Source: Halioglobus sp.
GTDB lineage: Bacteria > Pseudomonadota > Gammaproteobacteria > Pseudomonadales > Halieaceae
Assembly (NCBI GenBank): GCA_020443325.1
Contig: JAGRIK010000356.1
Location: 39,479 to 103,478, forward strand
DNA: 64,000 bases
Reading direction: 5' to 3'
Shown: positions 54,422-62,221 of the stretch, piece by piece
How positions within the stretch are numbered: position 1 is the first letter of the stretch
How the letters are laid out: each line of letters starts with the position of its first letter
The notes under the pieces: generated by a model
The model's input: only the letters and a program-made list of their open reading frames with translations
Told to the model about the DNA's origin: nothing
Database searches by the model: none
Translations under genes and position numbers: made by a program

Positions 54422-55065
54422 TGTCCGTTCCAGTTCAGAAAATTTTTCAACAGGGTGAGCCCGGCATCGGCGCTTTTCTCCGGGTGAAACTGCACCGCGA
54501 ACAGGTTGTCACGGGCGAGCGCGGCATCGGCGCTGACGCCGTATTCCACGCTGCCCGCCAGCAGGCTGCGATCGCGGGCATGCACGTAGTAACTGTGCAC
54601 GAAATAAAAGCGCGTCATGTCGGGGATACCCGCCCACAGGGGGTGATCGCGCTGCTGGTGCACCTCATTCCAACCCATGTGCGGCACCTTCAGGCGCTGC
54701 CCGTCGGCATCCGTCAACGGATTGCCGAAGAAGCGCACCTCGCCGGGGATGATACCCAGGCAATCCACGCCGTCGTTTTCTTCAGAGCGATCCATCAGCG
54801 CCTGCAGGCCGACGCATATCGCAAGTACCGGCACATGCTGTTTGGTGAGCGCCTGCGCAAGCAATTCGTCGCACTTCAGCCGGCGGATTTCGGACATGCA
54901 ATCGCGGATTGCGCCGACACCGGGGAACACCACCCGATCGGCCTGGCGGATCAGGTCCGCATCGTGCGTGACCACGACTTCATCGGCGCCCACATGCGCC
55001 AGCGCGCTGGCCACGGAATGCAGATTGCCCATGCCGTAATCAATAACGGCGACCATACCACTCAT
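54415..55065 (-). CDS. hisH: Imidazole glycerol phosphate synthase glutaminase subunit
   Basis: [31 protein letters not shown]. Confidence 0.97.
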   Translation of the reverse strand: MSGMVAVIDYGMGNLHSVASALAHVGADEVVVTHDADLIRQADRVVFPGVGAIRDCMSEIRRLKCDELLAQALTKQHVPVLAICVGLQALMDRSEENDGVDCLGIIPGEVRFFGNPLTDADGQRLKVPHMGWNEVHQQRDHPLWAGIPDMTRFYFVHSYYVHARDRSLLAGSVEYGVSADAALARDNLFAVQFHPEKSADAGLTLLKNFLNWNGQC

Positions 55066-55079
55066 ACCCGGGATTCCTG

Positions 55080-55673
55080 TTACAACACACCTTTGGTGGA
55101 AGGTGTGACACCCGCCATGCGCGGATCGGGCGACAGCGCCATACGCACAGCGCGACCAAAGGCCTTGAACACCGTCTCGGCCTGGTGGTGGCTGTTGTCC
55201 CCGCGCAGGTTGTCGATGTGCAGGGTCACCAGCGCATGGTTGACGAAGCCCTGGAAGAATTCCATGAACAGGTCCACATCAAACCCGCCAACCGACGAGC
55301 GCGTAAATGGGACGTTGAACTGCAGACCGGGCCGACCGGAAAAATCGATGACCACCCGCGACAGGGCCTCGTCCAGCGGCACATAGGCGTGGCCATAGCG
55401 CAGGATGCCTTTCTTGTCGCCCACGGCCTCAGCCACAGCCTGGCCCAGTGTGATGCCGATATCCTCTACCGTGTGGTGCGCGTCGATGTGCAAATCACCC
55501 TTCGCATTGATATGCAGATCAATCATGCCGTGACGGGCAATCTGGTCCATCATGTGATCGAGAAAGGGAACACCCGTCTCGAATTCAGCCTTGCCGGTGC
55601 CGTCCAGGTTCACCGATGCGGTGATCTGGGTCTCCAGCGTGTTGCGTGTAATCGTGGCCTTGCGCTCAGCCAT
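55080..55673 (-). CDS. hisB: Imidazoleglycerol-phosphate dehydratase (monofunctional)
   Basis: [32 protein letters not shown]; ATG at 55673. Confidence 0.97.
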   Translation of the reverse strand: MAERKATITRNTLETQITASVNLDGTGKAEFETGVPFLDHMMDQIARHGMIDLHINAKGDLHIDAHHTVEDIGITLGQAVAEAVGDKKGILRYGHAYVPLDEALSRVVIDFSGRPGLQFNVPFTRSSVGGFDVDLFMEFFQGFVNHALVTLHIDNLRGDNSHHQAETVFKAFGRAVRMALSPDPRMAGVTPSTKGVL

Positions 55674-55777
55674 GGGGCTCTCCAGCGGGGTAATATCGGG
55701 GAATCTCTTTCCCGAAAAGCCCGCCATTATAGGGGAATGTGGCATTTAATTCACTGGCACTTTCTTGCATTGCGGAC

Positions 55778-55933
55778 GAGCCTGAGGGATATCGTTGTGG
55801 CCGGGACCCCGGGACGCCGGCCGCACCAAAAAGCGCACCTCCATGTGCAGGCTCGGGTGGCGACGTACCCATAAACAGGGGCAGGCCCTCCTGTCGCCAC
55901 ACGGTCCCGGCCACAACGATATCCCCCAGGCTC
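55778..55933. repeat. Palindromic intergenic element (REP/MITE-like) between divergent hisB and mutY
   Basis: GAGCCTGAGGGATATCGTTGTGGCCGGGACC (55778-55808) and GGTCCCGGCCACAACGATATCCCCCAGGCTC (55903-55933) match 30/31 as inverted repeats; inner GCAC-CTCCAT-GTGC and GTGGCGAC...GTCGCCAC stems. Confidence 0.85.
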
Positions 55934-56036
55934 TCCACCCTCTCCAGTTTCCAAATTGATCCATTGCTATAATCGCTGGAACTACGGTGAGTGAACCATT
56001 ACCCTGTCACGCCTGCGTCCGATCCTGTTTTTAGCT

Positions 56037-57116
56037 ATGCCAAGCCCCAAAACCTTTGCCCAACGCGTCCTCATATGGTTCGACCAGCACGGGCGTAAGG
56101 ACCTGCCCTGGCAGCGCGACACCAGCCCGTACCGCGTGTGGGTCTCGGAGATCATGCTGCAGCAGACCCAGGTAAAAACCGTCATTCCGTATTTTGAGCG
56201 TTTTATGGCGGCCTTCCCCGATGTGCAGGCGCTGGCACAGGCGCCCGAGGACGAAGTGCTGCATCTGTGGACCGGGCTGGGGTATTACGCGCGCGCAAGA
56301 AACCTGCACAAGGCTGCAAAGCAGGTCGCCAATGAGGGGCAGTTTCCCGATACGCTCGACGGCCTGTGCGATTTACCGGGAGTAGGGCGCTCCACTGCGG
56401 GTGCGATTCTCAGCATCGCGTTCGGGCAGCGGGCCAGTATTCTGGATGGCAACGTAAAGCGTGTGCTGGCGCGCTACCACAGGGTGGGCGGCTGGCCCGG
56501 GCAATCCGCCGTGCACCAGCAATTGTGGGAAATCGCCGAGCAACATACCCCGCAAAAACGCTGCGCCGACTACACACAGGCGATGATGGATCTGGGGGCG
56601 ACACTTTGTACACGGTCATCACCCGACTGCGGCCGCTGCCCACTGGCCGCCGACTGCGAGGCATCTGCGCACGGGGACCAGCGCAACTACCCCGGCAGGA
56701 AACCGCGCAAGGTATTGCCCGTCAAATCTACTCACTTCCTGATAGTGCGCAGCTCCGCTGATGAGATCTGGCTGGAAAAACGGCCCGCCAGCGGCATCTG
56801 GGGTGGCCTGTGGTGCTTCCCGGAGATCGACGGTCCTGACGCCGGCCGCACGCAATGTCTTGATCTCTGGGGCAATGAACCAGCCACGATGGAGGTCCGG
56901 CCGGCCTTTCGCCATACCTTCAGCCACTACCACCTCGATATCACGCCTGTAGTGGTAGAGCTCAACATCGTTCCAGTAGCAGTGATGGAAGCCGCGGGGC
57001 AGCTCTGGTATAAACTGCGCCAACCCCCACAAATCGGCCTGGCGGCCCCGGTGGCCTCATTGCTGGCACAACTGGCCGCCCCCAACTCACGAACGGCCCC
57101 AAAAACGGAGTACTAA
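56037..57116 (+). CDS. mutY: A/G-specific adenine glycosylase
   Basis: [37 protein letters not shown]6-C-X2-C-X5-C Fe-S motif. Confidence 0.98.
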   Translation: MPSPKTFAQRVLIWFDQHGRKDLPWQRDTSPYRVWVSEIMLQQTQVKTVIPYFERFMAAFPDVQALAQAPEDEVLHLWTGLGYYARARNLHKAAKQVANEGQFPDTLDGLCDLPGVGRSTAGAILSIAFGQRASILDGNVKRVLARYHRVGGWPGQSAVHQQLWEIAEQHTPQKRCADYTQAMMDLGATLCTRSSPDCGRCPLAADCEASAHGDQRNYPGRKPRKVLPVKSTHFLIVRSSADEIWLEKRPASGIWGGLWCFPEIDGPDAGRTQCLDLWGNEPATMEVRPAFRHTFSHYHLDITPVVVELNIVPVAVMEAAGQLWYKLRQPPQIGLAAPVASLLAQLAAPNSRTAPKTEY

Positions 57117-57118
57117 CA

Positions 57119-57391
57119 ATGTCCCGCATGGTTAATTGCAAGAAGTACAAGAAGGAGATGGAAGGACTCGACGCGCCCCCCTATCCCGGCCCCAAGGGGC
57201 AGGAAATCTTCGAAAACGTGTCCAAACAGGCCTGGCAGGACTGGCAGGCCCACCAGACCATGCTGATCAACGAAAAACACCTGAGTCTCGTGGACCCCGA
57301 GGCCAGAAAGTACCTGCAGGGGGAAATGGACAAGTACTTCTCCGGCGAGGACTACGACAAAGCTGAGGGTTACGTCCCACCTTCTGAATAA
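57119..57391 (+). CDS. yggX: Fe(II)-trafficking / oxidative damage protection protein
   Basis: MSRMV-C-K...PYPG...SK-AW-W-QTMLINE, GYVPP; downstream of mutY. Confidence 0.95.
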   Translation: MSRMVNCKKYKKEMEGLDAPPYPGPKGQEIFENVSKQAWQDWQAHQTMLINEKHLSLVDPEARKYLQGEMDKYFSGEDYDKAEGYVPPSE

Positions 57392-57416
57392 GCCGGTCCC
57401 GCAAGCCAGCGGTGGC

Positions 57417-57445
57417 TTGACTCACGCAGCGCAGACAGGTTTAAT
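57417..57445 (+). promoter_or_regulatory. Sigma-70 promoter of tRNA-Phe
   Basis: TTGACT-N17-TTTAAT followed by a GC-rich discriminator ACGCGCC. Confidence 0.75.
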
Positions 57446-57487
57446 ACGCGCCTTTCGCGCAATGCGGAACTGATAAACCTGCGTTAC

Positions 57488-57563
57488 GCCCGGATAGCTC
57501 AGTCGGTAGAGCAGGGGATTGAAAATCCCCGTGTCGGCAGTTCGATTCTGTCTCCGGGCACCA
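57488..57563 (+). tRNA. tRNA-Phe(GAA)
   Basis: GCCCGGATAGCTCAGTCGGTAGAGCAGGGGATTGAAAATCCCCGTGTCGGCAGTTCGATTCTGTCTCCGGGCACCA: 76 nt cloverleaf, anticodon GAA, encoded CCA. Confidence 0.99.
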
Positions 57564-57851
57564 TTTCTAAATCTGATTATTAGGCTCGGCTCTACCCCAT
57601 TATCGGGGGACGGGCATTCATGCGTACCCGATTGATGATACCGTCCCACCCGCGATGGGTCAGCGCTCTCAACCGATAATTCTCAAATTACGCCCAGCTC
57701 TCTCACGACCGCGTTCACACCAATTTCGAGACATTGTGAGATCCTTTCGAAGGCGAGTATCAATGTGGAGATCTCTACTGTTTCCTCTGGCGGAGAATAG
57801 AGGTGGTTCATTATCTTTGAACCGTGCGATATAGCCAGACAAGGAGAAGTT

Positions 57852-58433
57852 ATGGGAGATTGGGATTTTCTTTATGAAATGAACAAGCGTAGATATAGCC
57901 CTGAGGAAATTGCCGATGCAGCTTGTTCCGGTGTTGCGCCTTATCAATGGGAATCCATCAGCGACGATTGGCTTGACTCACAGTTTGACTCCCAACTTGA
58001 AGACGAGCCGGATGCTCCCTTCCAGAGTAGAGAGGGATTTCCCTTTAGCGTCCTAAAGCAAATAGAAATATTTGATGACCTTGTTGATTGCGCAGCACGC
58101 CACTTCGATAACACAGGAAGGTTTTTACAGGTCTGGGGTGAGCTCGGGGAGATTTACGCTGAAATCAAGTTCGGCCTTCGTCGCCATGAGACCCACAAAG
58201 CGGGTTCTGACGGCACAATTGCAGGCAAGTTTGTCGAAGTAAAAACCATCTCACCTGAGAAGACCAGCGATGGTGTGCTCGTCAAACGCCAAGGAGACTT
58301 TGAGCAGTTGCTAATCGTTCGTGTTGATAAAGATTTTCAGTTCCAAGGCAAGCTCTTTGACAGGAGCGAGCTAAATAGTACTACTGGAAAGTTTCTCAGG
58401 GGGCAATTCAAGGATGATTCGATAAATGCCTAA
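57852..58433 (+). CDS. Hypothetical protein with C-terminal PD-(D/E)XK nuclease-like domain (DUF6998-like)
   Basis: AAGGAG RBS; GELGEIYA...GSDG...VEVKT pattern gives an E..D..ExK core. Confidence 0.65.
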   Translation: MGDWDFLYEMNKRRYSPEEIADAACSGVAPYQWESISDDWLDSQFDSQLEDEPDAPFQSREGFPFSVLKQIEIFDDLVDCAARHFDNTGRFLQVWGELGEIYAEIKFGLRRHETHKAGSDGTIAGKFVEVKTISPEKTSDGVLVKRQGDFEQLLIVRVDKDFQFQGKLFDRSELNSTTGKFLRGQFKDDSINA

Positions 58434-58594
58434 CACTCATCGCCTGCGATCTCTTTCGGGCCCAGGCGGTCGCACTGAGGTAATAGGAGACAATAACTCC
58501 ATGATTAAAAACTGGACCGTTCTCCTATAGAGGGCGGCACCTTCACGGAATGAATATTCAGAATCTTAACTAGAACCAAGTCAAGGAGTACGTT

Positions 58595-59098
58595 TTGGAC
58601 CCAGTTTCTTATCTCTTTTCCGCATATTTGAACAGTTTTCAAACGGCTACTGCTAACCATCTTACAGAGTCAATTGGTACGGAAATCAAGGCTGTGGTCA
58701 TTGAGTACGAAGGCACAAAAATTCCGTTTCAATATCAAATGTGGCGCATAAGAGAGCCAAGCGTCTGTGCCAATTTGACTCAAAATACTGCAGATTATTC
58801 TCAATGCACAGTTAAAGCCTCAGAGCTTTTTAATAAATTATGCACCGAGATTCCGACTAAAAAGAACGCAGACTGGAAATATTCGAAAACAAAAAATATG
58901 TACTGTAACGCTGCAATGACCTATCAACCGATGATCGCCAGTATAAGTTCTGAAAGTCCGGAATCGGAGCTTCTCCAAGCGAAGAAAAAATGTAACGCAG
59001 CAACTGTTGAAGCAATGGGGAGTAGTGATCCTGCGGCTATTGGCCGTCGAGATAGAACGTGTCAAAAGTACAATGAACTCAAGTCCACGTCACTGTGA
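58595..59098 (+). CDS. Hypothetical Cys-rich protein
   Basis: 167-aa ORF, TTG start after AAGGAG, six Cys in the C-terminal two-thirds. Confidence 0.65.
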   Translation: MDPVSYLFSAYLNSFQTATANHLTESIGTEIKAVVIEYEGTKIPFQYQMWRIREPSVCANLTQNTADYSQCTVKASELFNKLCTEIPTKKNADWKYSKTKNMYCNAAMTYQPMIASISSESPESELLQAKKKCNAATVEAMGSSDPAAIGRRDRTCQKYNELKSTSL

Positions 59099-59154
59099 CG
59101 CTATTGTTCCGATATCAGCCATTCCTCACGATCATGTAGTGCTATAACGTCACA
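59095..59154. repeat. Island motif copy 1 (GTGRCRYTAT...ATRYAGTGCYATWACGTCAC)
   Basis: GTGACGCTAT...GATCATGTAGTGCTATAACGTCACA; recurs at 59265-59313 and 61773-61820. Confidence 0.75.
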
Positions 59155-59264
59155 ATAGGGAATTTGGCAAGCACCAAGGGCAAGCTTGAAGCTAGCTCCA
59201 ATAAATCGTTTTTTGCTTGTTCCAACTCTCAATAGCTCTAACAATAGTTGGGTGGTGCCTGAAT

Positions 59265-59313
59265 GTGGCATTATCTAGCGCTTCAAACAATTATGTAGTG
59301 CTATTACGTCACA
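59265..59313. repeat. Island motif copy 2
   Basis: GTGGCATTAT...ATGTAGTGCTATTACGTCACA; like copy 1 it is followed about 10 nt later by TGGCAAGCA. Confidence 0.75.
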
Positions 59314-59334
59314 TCACGAAGCTGGCAAGCATCC

Positions 59335-59405
59335 TAAGCGGCTGATATTGTAAGTGTTCCAATTTCGCCAGCCAAATTGAAAATCCCCAAGTCTGCGGTG
59401 CAACT
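59335..59405 (+). other. Degenerate att remnant 1 (IHF-like box plus tRNA-Phe anticodon/T-arm copy)
   Basis: TAAGCGGCTGATATTG at 59335; ATTGAAAATCCCC (59376-59388) is identical to the tRNA, then a partial match AAGTCTGCGGTGCAACT versus GTGTCGGCAGTTCGATT. Confidence 0.65.
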
Positions 59406-59440
59406 AGATATTCTAAGTTCATTATCCATAAATCATGAAT

Positions 59441-60808
59441 TCACAGCATCGCTTGCTCAAAAACCATTGATTCTCGACCTGTCGTTTCCTTCTTACTACA
59501 AGCGCTGAACACCGATACGGAAAGTTGTGAGGAAATAGGTGTTTTTTCGATATCTATAAGCTTGTCGATACAGCTTGTGGCCTCATGCAATGTGCTAAAT
59601 GCATTGTGGAGCTTTGATCCGTACCAGGTGGCATCGCTGAACGAGTGCTTGGCTAGCTCATGGTTCGCGTACACTAGACTACGACAATCACTCTTACGAA
59701 CTGAGCTCCCACAATTTCGAATTCCGCGCTGAAGGTTGAAGCCCCTGTAGCCCTTCGGATACTGTTCGATGTTGAAATAAATTGCAAATGAACTCCTAAT
59801 CCCCGGATCAACAAATTCTTTGAACGGATACGTGCCAATGCTCTCCGGGACTATTGAGTCGCTTTTAAGCAATACTGCTGCCTCCTCCAAATTACTATGC
59901 CATATGTGAATAGCTAACATGTAGTTTGCCAGTGCGTGCGACAACCCATTGTGGCCCGATGAGTCCAAAAAAATAAGCGGCGCAGCGCCGATTTCTTGAA
60001 ATATCTGATTGGATTTGTCCGAGGATGAGAGTGTTCTATCTAAACTCGTAAATGGTATGTGAAAAAATCTTACAAATGATAACAACCCAATAGGATCGAA
60101 ACTTTGATCGAATATCGTGTGGACAGTTCCATCTAGATTAGTATTAGATGTTAACCAGGGAGACCCTAGGTGATATAAGTGTTCAATAGAAATAAAACCA
60201 TTTTTAGCTGCAGCCTGCGCTTGGGTGCAACCATTGCTATGACAGAAAACTTCAGAGAAAGTTTGCCCAGACAGACCGGAAAACCGCTTGGCTTTGTCGG
60301 TCACTCCAAACAAGGTTTCGAAAGGTGCTCTGAAAAATTCGACCATGACACTGGAGGATCCAGGGAAAAAAAATACGGTTCCTCTCGGAAATGGCTCGCC
60401 TGTTAGTGGGTTTGTTAAGTAAGCTTTCGCTAATTCGTATTTTTTAGGATAGGCACGTTCGTCCAAATACGGTATAGCATCACCTATCCTTGCCACTCTC
60501 TGAACTTCAGCCCCTTTTACAGTTTTTCCCTTGAAGCATTTTCCTCTATCTATGTCTCTATTTTGAGGTATGGAAAGTTCCTGTAAAAATCCGCAATATG
60601 TATTACCGGTTCCCCTAAAAACGGCTACTAAATTTGTAGTCGAAGTCGGCGTGCAAAACTGATCAACTGGACATTCAGCGACCATCGGTCGAAAGGACTT
60701 GTTTGTCGCACATCCAATAAGATTGGCCAAGGCTATTACGATCAATATTTTTACAAAAAACCTAAAAGCCAAAAAAATGCGAGCATAAAAACTAGCATGA
60801 GATATCAT
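59441..60808 (-). CDS. Putative lipoprotein with alpha/beta-hydrolase (lipase-like) fold
   Basis: LIGC lipobox-like motif; VAVFRGT, FCHSNGC (GHSxG-like elbow), LYHLGSP, DPIG, HALANY in lipase class 3 order. Confidence 0.55.
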   Translation of the reverse strand: MISHASFYARIFLAFRFFVKILIVIALANLIGCATNKSFRPMVAECPVDQFCTPTSTTNLVAVFRGTGNTYCGFLQELSIPQNRDIDRGKCFKGKTVKGAEVQRVARIGDAIPYLDERAYPKKYELAKAYLTNPLTGEPFPRGTVFFFPGSSSVMVEFFRAPFETLFGVTDKAKRFSGLSGQTFSEVFCHSNGCTQAQAAAKNGFISIEHLYHLGSPWLTSNTNLDGTVHTIFDQSFDPIGLLSFVRFFHIPFTSLDRTLSSSDKSNQIFQEIGAAPLIFLDSSGHNGLSHALANYMLAIHIWHSNLEEAAVLLKSDSIVPESIGTYPFKEFVDPGIRSSFAIYFNIEQYPKGYRGFNLQRGIRNCGSSVRKSDCRSLVYANHELAKHSFSDATWYGSKLHNAFSTLHEATSCIDKLIDIEKTPISSQLSVSVFSACSKKETTGRESMVFEQAML

Positions 60809-60848
60809 TGTACTTCCCTCATAGCCTAGCTAGGGTTCTTCCTTGCGA

Positions 60849-61559
60849 TTATTCTTGCTTTTCTTCACCTATGACATCAATTTCCTGCTTTTCTCCTCCA
60901 CTGGGACTGTTTGAAAGGGGACGACAAGTTATATTTGTTGAAAGTACATTCTTGGTATCATCATCACCCTTACTGAGCGTTGCTCCGGAGTCGCAAACTA
61001 TTGTTTCTCGCTGGATACTAGCGGGGTGCTCTGCTCTAGCTTTCTCAGCCGCATAGTATGCCGATATCTCAAGTTGTAATACCGGCAATAGCTGGCTCAC
61101 CATGTTAGTCACAGATTGTTGGTATGGGATGTAGTATCCATTACTTCCATTTGAACTGTTTACCGCATCAACACATAAATAGAATGATGCGTCTCGAAAA
61201 AGCTGAACTGTATGAGATCGCTTGTAAAGTTGGTTTACGTGTCGCGCAAAATTACTCGCTATCTCGGCACTGACATCTTTTTTGGAGGATATATCTGCCG
61301 TTAGTGCTGCCGCGATGGCACTAGTAACAGAATCCACTGCTTCTGGAGGTGGCTCCGAACAAAAATTTCCCGTATTCAGGTTGGCTATGATTAGACGGCG
61401 CTGTGCCGTAACGGCTAGAGTACCGATTTCATGAGCGTGAGCCGGGTTGTCCGTAATGAGTTGATCCTCGACAACTTGCCGATTGTAAAATGCTTCAATA
61501 GTGCTAGCGCAACCACTAACTAAAATTAGAATTACCGATACAATTACAGACTTGAACAT
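60849..61559 (-). CDS. Hypothetical lipoprotein
   Basis: Signal peptide with LVSGC lipobox; FCSEPPPEA and RSHTVQLFRD-FYLC motifs; AAGGAAA RBS. Confidence 0.75.
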   Translation of the reverse strand: MFKSVIVSVILILVSGCASTIEAFYNRQVVEDQLITDNPAHAHEIGTLAVTAQRRLIIANLNTGNFCSEPPPEAVDSVTSAIAAALTADISSKKDVSAEIASNFARHVNQLYKRSHTVQLFRDASFYLCVDAVNSSNGSNGYYIPYQQSVTNMVSQLLPVLQLEISAYYAAEKARAEHPASIQRETIVCDSGATLSKGDDDTKNVLSTNITCRPLSNSPSGGEKQEIDVIGEEKQE

Positions 61560-61772
61560 GATTATTTCCTTTTTTTATTACTAATTTTTTATATCCTAGT
61601 CCTAGGTATTATAAAGTATCTACCTAACTGAGATGCGACCCTCTACTTCGATTTCTTGAGCAAAGTAAAGAAAGCAACTAATCCTAGGGATTTGTTTTCT
61701 TATCTTGGATTAAAGATAGGCCAACATGTCGATTTGTAAAGTAGTAGCACTTCAATCTACGAATCTCGATGC

Positions 61773-61820
61773 GTGACACTATCAAATCTTGTTGATGATC
61801 ATACAGTGCCATTACGTCAC
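61773..61820. repeat. Island motif copy 3
   Basis: GTGACACTAT...GATCATACAGTGCCATTACGTCAC. Confidence 0.7.
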
Positions 61821-61942
61821 CACAGAAAGCGGACTAGCATTCTGTGAATCGGGATTTACGCATTGTCGTTCTCCTTGCCTCGTTATTTATGGTCGAGAAC
61901 TCTAATTTTGCGCGGGACTAATTCAGGGGGGGGGTACTTACA

Positions 61943-62043
61943 TAAGTAACTGATATTGATGCCATTTAAAACTGACCAGCGATATGAAAAAACCCGTGTC
62001 GGCGCAGCAAAGGCTGCAGATCTTATTCTGTCTCCGGGTGCCA
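61943..62043 (+). other. Degenerate att remnant 2 (IHF-like box plus tRNA-Phe 3' half with a hairpin insertion)
   Basis: TAAGTAACTGATATTG at 61943; TGAAAAAACCCGTGTCGGC-[GCAGCAAAGGCTGC]-AGATCTT-ATTCTGTCTCCGGGTGCCA versus tRNA TGAAAATCCCCGTGTCGGC-AGTTCG-ATTCTGTCTCCGGGCACCA. Confidence 0.85.
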
Positions 62044-62221
62044 TATTTCTCTATTTACATCAATGCGTAAACATCAACCAGATGGCGCTCTACCCAGCCC
62101 GGTTTCTCATGTAAACGCGATGTAGGCGAATTTATTCTCTTATCACCGCGCAAAGAAAATTTATGCGGTCGCTCCGCGGTATTGCATCAGATAGTTGCGT
62201 TACGGTTATTGAAACTTAAAG

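Larger units (their letters stand above)
57564..62043. mobile_element. AT-rich degenerate genomic island(s) at tRNA-Phe, no integrase visible
   Basis: Visible drop in GC after the tRNA, orphan genes, and degenerate tRNA-Phe 3'-half copies at about 59376-59405 and 61985-62043. Confidence 0.75.

Noticed and set aside
11021-55673. Histidine genes split into hisIE and hisBHAF clusters
   Set aside because: This is the normal arrangement in Pseudomonas-like gammaproteobacteria.
55755-55769. TGGCAC-TTTC-TTGCA resembling a sigma-54 promoter
   Set aside because: GG-to-GC spacing is 9 nt, not the required 10.
55666-55972. Short ORFs on both strands between hisB and mutY
   Set aside because: They arise from the palindromic repeat element rather than coding signal.
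758-57032. Many long antisense or overlapping ORFs in the track (e.g. 5023-6015, 6305-7309, 9507-10628, 21127-22194, 23396-24463, 47516-48499, 54421-55386)
   Set aside because: Shadow frames of well-recognised genes in GC-rich DNA, with no family motifs.
57669-57947. 92-aa minus-strand ORF after the tRNA as a possible integrase fragment
   Set aside because: No tyrosine-recombinase motifs, and it overlaps the better-supported plus-strand gene that has an RBS.
58428-58490. GCCTAAC at the nuclease-like gene stop, suggesting an integron attC site
   Set aside because: No matching GTTRRRY end or convincing L-box pairing, and no integron integrase in the window.
59095-61820. Repeated island motif or the 18-bp repeat at 13882 as a CRISPR array
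   Set aside because: Copies are degenerate and irregularly spaced (or have no spacers), and no cas operon is present; the Cas4-like domain at 22232 is part of a helicase.
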